Assembly: GCA_002269645.1 (NCBI GenBank)
Contig: NIVC01002443.1
Location: 1-64,000, forward strand
Source: Macrostomum lignano
Lineage: Eukaryota
Direction of reading: 5' to 3'
DNA length: 64,000 nucleotides
Of the stretch, positions 37,030-46,805 are shown one piece after another; the stretch's first letter is position 1, and every line of letters starts with the position of its first letter. The notes under the pieces were generated by a model. The model had not been told where the DNA came from. It ran no database searches and saw only the letters and a program-made list of their open reading frames with translations. The translations under genes and the position numbers were made by a program.

Positions 37030-37876
37030 GGAGAGAGGAGAGGGAGAGAGAGAAAAAGAAAGAGAGATGGAGAGAGGAGAGAGAGGGAGAGAGGAGAGAG
37101 GGAGAGAGGAGAGAGAGGAGAGAGGAGAGAGGGAGAGAGGAGAGAGGGAGAGAGGGAGAGAGGAGAGAGAGGGAGAGAGGAGAGAGAGGGAGAGAGGAGA
37201 GAGGGAGAGAGGAGAGAGAGGGAGAGAGGAGAGAGGGAGAGAGGAGAGAGGGAGAGAGGGAGAGAGGAGAGAGAGGGAGAGAGGAGAGAGGAGAGAGGGA
37301 GAGAGGAGAGAGAAGAGAGAGGGAGAGAGGAGAGAGGGAGAGAGGAGAGAAGAGAGAGGGAGAGAGGGAGAGAGGAGAGAGAGGGAGAGAGGAGAGAGGG
37401 AGAGAGGGAGAGAGGAGAGAGAGGAGAGAGGGAGAGAGGGAGAGGGAGAGAGGAGAGAGGAGAGAGAGGAGAGAGGAGAGAGGGAGAGAGGGAGAGAGGA
37501 GAGAGGAGAGAGGAGAGAGAGGGAGAGAGGAGAGAGAGGGGGAGAGAGGAGAGAGGGAGAGGGAGAGAGGGAGAGAGGAGAGAGGAGAGAGGAGAGAGGG
37601 AGAGAGAGGAGAGAGAGGAGAGAGGAGAGAGAGGGAGAGGAGAGAGAGGAGAGAGAGAGAGGAGAGGGAGAGAGGAGAGAGGGAGAGAGGGAGAGAGGAG
37701 AGAGAGGGAGAGAGGAGAGAGGGAGAGAGAGAGAGAGGGAGAGAGGAGAGATGGAGAGAGGAGAGAGGGAGAGAGAGGAGAGAGGAGAGAGGGAGAGAGG
37801 AGAGAGGAGAGAGGGAGAGAGGAGAGAGAGGAGAGAGGAGAGAGGGAGAGGAGAGAGGAGAGAGGGAGAGAGGGAG

Positions 37877-37914
<38 letters not shown>

Positions 37915-38460
37915 GAGAGAGAGGAGAGAGAGAGAGAGGAGAGAGGGAGAGAGGAGAGAGAGGAGAGGAGAGAGGAGAGAGGAGAGAGAGGGAGAGAGGG
38001 AGAGGGAGAGAGGAGAGAGGGAGAGAGGAGAGAGGGAGAGAGGAGAGAGAGGGAGAGAGAGGGAAAGGGGGAAAGAAGAGAGAGAGGGAGAGAGGAGAGA
38101 GGGAGAGAGGAGAGAGAGGAGAGAGAGAGGGATATAGGGAGAGAGGGAGAGAGGAGAGAGAGGGAGAGAGGGAGGGAGAGGGAAAGAGAGAGAGAGGAGA
38201 GAGAGGGAAAGAGGGAGAGAGGAGAGAGAGGGAAAGAGGAGAGAGAGGAGAGAGAGAGGGAGAGAGGGAAAGAGGGAGAGAGGAGAGAGAGGGAAAGAGG
38301 AGAGAGAGGAGAGAGAGGGAAAGAGGAGAGAGAGGAGAGAGAGGGAGAGAGGGAGAGAGGAGAGAGAGGGAAAGAGGAGAGAAGAGGGAGAGAGGGAGAG
38401 AGGAGAGAAGAGGGAGAGAGGAGAGAGAGGGAGAAGAGAGTTGAGGAAGAGAGGGAAAAG
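37030..38460. repeat. Homopurine (GA/GGA-rich) tract, about 1.4 kb
   Basis: Almost exclusively G and A on the + strand. The Glu/Arg and Leu/Ser ORFs here are artefacts. Confidence 0.97.
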
Positions 38461-39066
38461 ATGACACAGAGGAGAGAGAATAGAAAGTGAGAAAGCAAGA
38501 TAACAGTAATTCTCTAGTGCTTTCAGAGCACAAAAGTACTACTTGCTAATAAACAAAATTAATTCTCAGAAGTGAGGTCAAAACCCCAGTGCTATTAACA
38601 ATGCAGTGTTTTGAAGCGATCCGATACCAATCTAAAGTCTAAATTGAATTTAAGCCCGATATATCAGGCCTTAATATTTGCAGTGGTGCCAAGCAGAAAG
38701 CCACACACACACGCAGACGTGGGGGAGCCTGCAGCGTTGCCCCCGCACGTCTTTGCCCATACCGTTACTGTGGAAGCTCCATTCTCCAGCCTCCCTCTCT
38801 GGCTCAAGCATACAGCCGGCTATGAGTATAGTTGAATCCAGTCCGAGTTGAGCTATCTGAAGGATTCTCTCAGAGAGCTGTGCCCCCCTGTCCGGCTGTT
38901 GCTGTCGCCACAGCTCATTTGCATAATTGAATGGAGGGGAAGCGGGCGCGAAACGCGGGAGGGAGACAGAGAGGAGGGAGAAACGCAGGGAAAGAAGAAC
39001 GGCCAAAATGAGAAAGAGATGTGAAATCTTCGAAAGAAGTTTCTCTCCTCGTGGTGACCGCTGCCC

Positions 39067-39080
39067 GTCTCCATGGAGAC
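39067..39080. promoter_or_regulatory. Perfect palindromic RFX X-box GTCTCCATGGAGAC in the unique island between the GA tracts
   Basis: 14-bp palindrome matching the X-box consensus. An octamer ATTTGCATAAT lies at about 38917. The island is upstream of TMEM151. Confidence 0.4.
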
Positions 39081-39244
39081 CAAGAGCTGAGAACCTGGAA
39101 AAGTCGGCCAAATTCATTTGGGGCTTGTGTTCACCGAAGATCGGCCGGTGATTCACAGCCATGAGGGCCAGCCCCAAGGCGCACAGAGTGTACCTGCCTG
39201 ACGATTAGAAAGTCGGGGGCCGCCTCAGCGCTGGCTGCGAAGGC

Positions 39245-40045
39245 GACAGATGAGACAGAGAGATAAAGAGAGAGAGAGAAATGGGAGAGTAGAGAGGGGA
39301 GAGAGAGGGGAGATAGCGGAGAGAGAAAAGAGAAGAACGGTAGAGAGGAGACAAAGCAGAGAGGGATAGAACAGAGATAGTGGAGAGAGAGAGAGGGACA
39401 GAGATGGAGAGAGGGGCGAGAGAGGGAGAGAGGTGAGAGAGAGAAAGAGGGAGAGGCAGAGAGGCGAGAGAGGGAGAGGGGAGAGAGAGAAAGAGGGAGA
39501 GGCGAGAGAGGGCTCTAGGGAGAGAGGAGAGAGAGAGAGAGAAAGAGGGAGAGGCGACAGAGGGAGAGAGGAGAGAGAGAGAGAAAGAGGGAGAGGCGAG
39601 ATAGGGAGTGAGGGAGAGAGGGAGAGAGGGAGAGAGAAGAGAGAGAGAAAGAGGGAGAGGCGAGATAGGGAGTGAGGGAGAGAGGGAGAGAGGAGAGAGA
39701 GAGAGGGAGAGAGGGAGAGAGGAGAGAGAGAGAGGGAGAGAGGAGAGAGAGAGAAAGAGGGAGAGGCGAGATAGGGAGTGAGGGAGAGAGGGAGAGAGGG
39801 AGAGAGGAGAGAGAGAGAAAGAGGGAGAGGCGAGATAGGGAGTGAGGGAGAGAGGGAGAGAAGAGAGAGAGAGAGGGAGAGAGGGAGAGAGGAGAGAGAG
39901 AGGGAGAGAGGAGAGAGAGAGAAAGAGGGAGAGGCGAGATAGGGAGTGAGGGAGAGAGGGAGAGAGGGAGAGAGAGAGGGAGAGAGGAGAGAGGAGAGAG
40001 AGAGATAGAGGGAAAGGCGAGATAGGGAGAGAGGGGAGAGTGGGA
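39245..40045. repeat. Second GA-rich purine tract with internal repeated blocks (GAGAAAGAGGGAGAGGCGAGATAGGGAGTGAGG)
   Basis: Directly visible. A third, shorter tract lies at about 40750-40900. Confidence 0.95.
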
Positions 40046-40969
40046 CGATGTCACCAAAGGCATTGTGCAAACGTGACTACTCAGCTCCCTTGCGAATATC
40101 ATTTATTCCTATATTATGAGAGTTTAAGTCAGCCTAAAGTTGTCTAAAAATGAAACCTATCTGGGGAGTTGCTGTTTCAGATGTTGGTTCAGAGAGGCCT
40201 CCTTGTTGCGCACAAAGATTCGATGTGCAGCCTCGCTGAACGGATAATCCACCCAATTTCTTTGGGCGCTCATGCGTCCGATTGAATTTCTGACTGGGAC
40301 GCTCACTTTTATTGAGGTTTGGTTCCTACATATCAAGCATTTGGTTGGGGTTTCTCTATAAACATCAATAGAAAATTTGGAAACTTCCACATCGAGATGA
40401 AGGCAAGCCGTATCTCCTGTCTTTTTTGCTTTCCCAAGTAGTCATCATTTTTCTTCTCTCGTCCAAGCAACAAGCTATTAGACTGCGAACTCTGAGAATT
40501 CAATGTACTTTCTTAAAGTGAAGAGAGAAATGATGGCTCTTGACTTGATGTAGTAGTAGTAGTCATGCTAGTTGATGCTAATCTAATTAGTGTGAGAAAC
40601 AGTGGGCTATCTATCTAGTAATTAAATATTTGCTATCTTACAGTTGCCTGCTTGTGGCTGCGTCTGTATAATAAGGTTGCTTGTAACTAGAGGCTTGCTA
40701 CTAGAGGAGACTCGCAGGAGTCGGGAAACTTTTTATTCAGAATGTACACGAGAGAGAGAGAGAAAGAATAGGAGAAGGGAGATGGGAAATAAGAAAGGAG
40801 AGGGGAGAGGAGGGGAGTGAGAAGAGGGAAGAGGAGAGAACGGAAGAGAAGAGAAGAGAGAGGAGGTCATAGGGGAGAGGAGAAAAAAGAAGGGAGGTGG
40901 GAAGAGACGCTAACCTTGAGAGGGGGCGGATTGCTATTGTGAAGTTTCAAAGGTTTAAACATTTTGCAG

Positions 40970-43900
40970 AAACCTTCGCGTTTGAACCTCTGCCAAGCCA
41001 TCCGACGAGAGGCCCACTGGAAATGCCTGCTGCTCACCCTGACCGTGGCAGCCTGTCTCTCCGCTGTGTCCTGTTGCCAGCTGTCAGTCACTCGCCAGCC
41101 ACTGATGGATCATTATCGAAGGCCAACCGTTTATTATGCCGAATTGAAACCCTGCGACAATGGCTACCTGTACATACCGATTGGGTTCGCCATCATGTTC
41201 TACTTGGTGTACCTGATCGAGTGCTGGAATAGTCATGCAAGTCTGAGGATTTGGCACAAGGTGAAGGACTGTCGACTGTATTAGTGTGTTATGGTGTCTT
41301 AGTTCCTATTCTTAGTGTCCTAGTATCCTAGTGTCCTAGTGTGTGTCCTAGTGTCCTAGTGTCCTAGTGTGTGTCCTAGTATCCTAGTGTCCTAGTATCC
41401 TAGTATCCTAGTGTCCTAGTGTCCTAGTATCCTAGTGTCCTAGTATCCTAGTGTGTGTCCTAGTATCCTAGTATCCTAGTGTCCTAGTGTCCTAGTGTGT
41501 GTCCTAGTATCCTAGTGTCCTAGTATCCTAGTATCCTAGTGTCCTAGTGTCCTAGTGTGTTTCCTAGTATCCTAGTGTCCTAGTATCCTAGTGTCCTAGT
41601 GTGTGTCCTAGTATCCTAGTGTCCTAGTGTGTGTCCTAGTATCCTAGTGTCCTAGTGTGTGTCCTAGTGTTCTAGTGTAATTTTTTCCAAGACAAGGCCG
41701 CCCACCAAGAGACAAGGGCGCCCACCAAGAGACAAGGGCGCCCACCAAGAGACAGGAGGGCCCACCAAGAGACAAGGGCGCCCACCAAGAGACAGGAGGG
41801 CCCACCAAGAGACAGGAGGGCCCACCAAGAGACAAGGGCGCCCACCAAGAGACAGAAGCGCCCACCAAGAGACAGGAGGGCCCACCAAGAGACAGGAGGG
41901 CCCACCAAGAGACAAGGGCGCCCACCAAGAGACAGAAGCGCCCACCAAGAGACAGGAGGGCCCACCAAGAGACAGGAGGGCCCACCAAGAGACAAGGGCG
42001 CCCACCAAGAGACAGAAGCGCCCACCAAGAGACAGGAGGGCCCACCAAGAGACAGGAGGGCCCACCAAGAGACAGGAGGGCCCACCAAGAGACAGGAGGG
42101 CCCACCAAGAGACAGGAGCGCCCACCAAGAGACAGGAGCGCCCACCAAGAGACAGGAGGGCCCACCAAGAGACAGGAGCGCCCACCAGGACACCACATAT
42201 TGGAACCCCTTAACGTTGCGACCCCATTCATTTATAATTCCTTCCTTTAGTTTCTTAGTTCTTAGTTCTTAGTAAATTAGCAACCTATCCCCTTATAGCG
42301 ACTTAGCTCGGCAAAAAAATTCGAAAAGAAAATCTACGTTCCCGTTTGGAATTTGAGTTCAACTTTCTTCATAGGATTTTCTTCTATCACCCAGCCTACT
42401 CAAGCCACGATTTTCTGCTCGAGTAAAACCAGAAGCACCGACAGAGCTCATCGAAGTTCTCCGCTAAGACTGGAATGAGAATTTTTTACTGGACCATTGG
42501 GAGAGGTCCCTGTCCAGTAAGAGTGAGTATTGGCGAGCTGGGAAGGGAGTAGGAGCTGAACTAGAGAAATCAATAAATGTCATTTTCAATCACAGCTAGA
42601 GTCCAGTAAGGACTGTTTCTCGACCGCTCTGCATAAGTACAAAATGGAATGCTGCAGTCATCTCCGTCTGAATTATGTTTGAAGTTTTATTTTCTCCGGG
42701 AGAACTTGATTCCAAGAATTGATTTTTTTCGACGAGAGAATTAGCAATTGCGTTTGTCTGATTTCCACCGCTAGCCCGAGAACGTTTTTTACGAGACCAA
42801 GAGAATGAGACTAGGGGTTTCGGTGGATGGCCATAAAGAGTCACCAAATAAAATTGGGGGTTTCGGTGGATGGCCATAAAGAGTCACCAAATAAAATTGG
42901 GGGTTTCGGTGGATGGCCATAAAGAGTCACCAAATAAAATTGGGGGTTTCGGTGGATGGCCATAAAGAGTCACCAAATAAAATTGGGGGTTTCGGTGGAT
43001 GGCCATAAAGAGTAACCAAATAAAATTGGGGGTTTCGGTGGATGGCCATAAAGAGTCACCAAATAAAATTGGGGGTTTCGGTGGATGGCTATAAAGAGTA
43101 ACCAAATAAAATTGGGGGTTTCGGTGGATGGCTATAAAGAGTCACCAAATAAAATTGGGGGTTTCGGTGGATGGCCATAAAGAGTAACCAAATAAAATTG
43201 GGGGTTTCTTTGGATGGTCATGAAAGTGTTACCTCATAAAATTAAGGGTTGCCCCTTTAAACCCATCTCTTACTTTAACTACCCCTCCATTTCTTGCAGG
43301 TTCCCGTGGCATCAGTCTATCAGCACCTACAAAAAGTGCGCACAGCTCTGCCTTTAGTCTGGTGGAAGATCAACTCTTATCACTACATTCGGCGACCAAG
43401 ACATCCTGCACGCCAACGCACAGGAGAGTCAGTCAGCGCCCATCTGTACTACGAGAGGGTGAACACTCATTCCGCCACTGGTGCATTTAACTACGCCGTC
43501 TGCGGCTGCAGGGACACCACTTTCCAGCTATGCGGCCTGGAATTGTATCCGGCAACGAAAATTGAGTTCTCTAGGGTGAGAAATACTACTTAGTAGTATT
43601 GTGGAAGTTTTACATATACAAGCGTAGAATATCTATCTGTCTCTTTAATGCCTCAATAACCGCGCCAGCTCATACTGACCCATTCGATGACGTCATCATT
43701 TTCTCAGGGCTTCACATTTCTCTGCTCGAATGCGGAACTGATCTACGAGAGCCAGCGCAATGCCTTCTATCATGCTCACGAGAACACTGACGACTACATC
43801 GAGACCAAGGAAGGCTTTGAACTGCTGCACGTGAACACTCCCGACTATCTGTTGGCAGTGTCCTGTCCTCACAAGCTGCCCTGGTATCTGAGTCCATGGA

Positions 43901-45009
43901 TCTACTTTCTAGCTACGTTGACCTTGCTGTCTTGGCCGATGCGTATTCTTATTCAATACAAAATTGCCTACGTGCACTGCCACGTGCAGAAAGCGTTCGG
44001 TCACCAGCTGCAGCCAGAGTCGTCAGGGACAACGACGGCAACCAATGCGGCAGTGACGTCATCGGGTCTAGCTGGAGAGGATAGCAACAGTTTGCTGTCC
44101 TTATCCGACCCGGATGCTGTAACGGCCGCGGACTCCAGTCAGCAGGCGTCGAATTTGTTGAATTTACCAAGCTATAGCGAAGCTGTACTACTGCCGCTGC
44201 CCGAGGATTGGTGAGTAGTATATTTCGAACTGCATTTCTAAATGTACGCTTCGAGCTGATTTTCAATGGAATTATCTACTAACATACCTAATAACACATA
44301 CACATCAACCGCGTGGTAAAATCTGGTTCTATAGAAACAAGAGAAACTTGACCTTTCATAAAAATTTCTAATGATTGTCTTACATTGGCCCTTGGCTCTA
44401 AGAAGAGAATCCCAACGATGACAGCCTAACTGAAAAGGGTCTTTTGACATTCAACACTGCAGCGATCCTCTCTACTACATGCGCTACGAGACCGTTCAGA
44501 GTAATCATCAGCGACCAGATCAGAACGGCCGATGCTACTGCCCTGAAGAGATGGCGAGCAGCGAAGAGTCGCTACCGACCTACGTTGAAGCGTTGAACCT
44601 ACTGCGCAGGCACTTGCCGAACTCGCTGTCGCAGAGTCGTCTGGCCCAAGCGATTCTGTCGCACAGCAGGAGCTGGTTCCGATCTGGCGCAAACAGTGCC
44701 GGACAGACTCTGCAACAGCAGCAGCAGAACTGGAGAGGTTCAGCAGGTTTGAGTCGTCGTCCAAGTCAGCACTCGACGATCGTCAATCAGTCACGAAGTC
44801 AGCAGCAGCAGCAGCAGCAGCAGCATCGCAGACGTAATCAAAACAGGCAGTTCGTTTCACAGTCTCGACTGCCAAGAAGTGTCAGCGACTACCATCAAGC
44901 AAGGCCCCTGATGGCCATTCTTCGAGGCGACGGTTCCGTGACGGCACTGCAGACTGTGGGCAGCGACGACCGAGAGAGTCTGTTGTTGGATGCCGCTTCT
45001 TATGTTTGA
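40970..45009 (+). CDS. TMEM151: Transmembrane protein 151 family member (5'-partial; 538 aa reconstructed)
   Basis: Exons 40970-41260, 43300-43575, 43708-44210 and 44463-45009 are GT-AG with compatible phases. Family motifs: REAHWKCLLLTL, PCDNGYLYIP, YLVYLIECW, VWWKINSYHY, PWY..W..LSWP. An in-frame stop at 40940 means an upstream start exon is required; it was not located. Confidence 0.92.
41300..41670. repeat. 8-bp repeat (CCTAGTGT/CCTAGTAT)n in a TMEM151 intron
   Basis: Directly visible. Confidence 0.95.
41695..42190. repeat. 20-bp minisatellite (CCCACCAAGAGACAGGAGGG / ..AAGGGCG)n in a TMEM151 intron
   Basis: About 25 copies, related to the array at 1-322. It is followed by TIR-like GTTGCGACCCC at 42215-42225. 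Confidence 0.95.
42815..43215. repeat. 43-bp minisatellite in a TMEM151 intron
   Basis: About 9 copies of AAATAAAATTGGGGGTTTCGGTGGATGGCCATAAAGAGTCACC; period measured from 42841 to 42884. Confidence 0.95.
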
Positions 45010-45026
45010 CCTTTGCATTGGATAGG

Positions 45027-46423
45027 CAGTGAGGGGACAGTCATGGACAGTGAGGGGACAGTCATAGGTTGTGAGGGGACAGTCATGGGCAGTGAGGGGA
45101 CAGTTATGGGCAGTGAGCGGACAGTCATGGACAGTGAGGGGACAGTCACGGGCAGTGAGGGGACAGTCACGGGCAGTGAGGGGACAGTCACGGGCAGTGA
45201 GGGGACAGTCACGGGCAGTGAGGGGACAGTCACGGGCAGTGAGGGGACAGTCATGGACAGTGAGGGGACAGTCACGGGCAGTGAGGGGACAGTCACGGGC
45301 AGTGAGGGGACAGTCACGGGCAGTGAGGGGACAGTCACGGGCAGTGAGGGGACAGTCACGGGCAGTGAGGGGACAGTCACGGGCAGTGAGGGGACAGTCA
45401 CGGGCAGTGAGGGGACAGTCACGGGCAGTGAGGGGACAGTCACGGGCAGTGAGGGGACAGTCATAGGTTGTGAGGGGACAGTCACGGGCAGTGAGGGGAC
45501 AGTCACGGGCAGTGAGGGGACAGTCACGGGCAGTGAGGGGACAGTCACGGGCAGTGAGGGGACAGTCACGGGCAGTGAGGGGAAAGTTATGGGCAGTGAG
45601 GGGACAGTTATGGGCAGTGAGGGGACAGTCATGGACAGTGAGGGGACAGTCATAGGTTGTGAGGGGACAGTCATAGGTTGTGAGGGGACAGTCATGGACA
45701 GTGAGGGGACAGTCATAGGTTGTGAGGGGACAGTCATGGACAGTGAGGGGACAGTCATAGGTTGTGAGGGGACAGTCATGGACAGTGAGGGGACAGTCAT
45801 AGGTTGTGAGGGGACAGTCACGGGCAGTGAGGGGACAGTCACGGGCAATGAGAGGACAGTCACGGGCAGTGAGGGGACAGTCACGGGCAGTGAGGGGACA
45901 GTCACGGGCAGTGAGGGGACAGTCACGGGCAGTGAGGGGACAGTTATGGACAGTGAGGGGACAGTCATAGGTTGTGAGGGGACAGTCACGGGCAGTGAGG
46001 GGACAGTCACGGGCAGTGAGGGGACAGTCACGGGCAATGAGAGGACAGTCACGGGCAGTGAGGGGACAGTCACGGGCAGTGAGGGGACAGTCATGAGCAG
46101 TGAGGGGACAGTCATGGGCAGTGAGGGGACAGTCACGGGCAGTGAGGGGACAGTCACGGGCAGTGAGGGGACAGTCATAGGTTGTGAGGGGACAGTCATG
46201 GGCAGTGAGGGGACAGTCACGGGCAGTGAGGGGACAGTCACGGGCAGTGAGGGGACAGTCATGGGCAGTGAGGGGACAGTCACGGGCAGTGAGGGGACAG
46301 TCACGGGCAGTGAGGGGACAGTCATAGGTTGTGAGGGGACAGTCATGGGCAGTGAGGGGACAGTCACGGGCAGTGAGGGGACAGTCACGGGCAGTGAGGG
46401 GACAGTTATGGGCAGTGAGGGAG
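45027..46423. repeat. 21-bp minisatellite (CAGTGAGGGGACAGTCACGGG)n between the converging 3' ends of TMEM151 and the RA/PDZ gene
   Basis: About 66 copies, starting 17 nt after the TMEM151 stop codon. Confidence 0.97.
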
Positions 46424-46805
46424 ACTGAAGAGAGCAGTTAAAGTGAGGAGAATCGATTTCTGAATAGCTGAATTCTGAGTAGCATCGCTTATTTTTATGT
46501 TTAGAAATAAATGTCTAACATTCTAGCTTCGTGAATATTTTAGTCGCAAACAAACAGTCAACATTTGTTATACTTCTTTCCAAGTTTATTTGCATTATTT
46601 TTCGTCCCGAAATGTTGTCAATATTTATCATGAGCGACCTGTTTTGCAATAAATGTAGAGATTATGAACTACTATTGTGACAAAAATATCTACTTGGAAT
46701 GAAGTGGAGTTAATAAAAACAGTCATGCACTGTAATAACTGGCTTAGCTAGCGCCGAAAGACAATTGCGTACAAATTGAAACAAATTTATCTTCAATTTG
46801 AAAGT

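Noticed and set aside
36938-40102. Long Glu/Arg-rich and Leu/Ser-rich ORFs (up to 506 aa)
   Set aside because: They are translations of GA/CT homopurine tracts that cannot contain stops; no coding signal.
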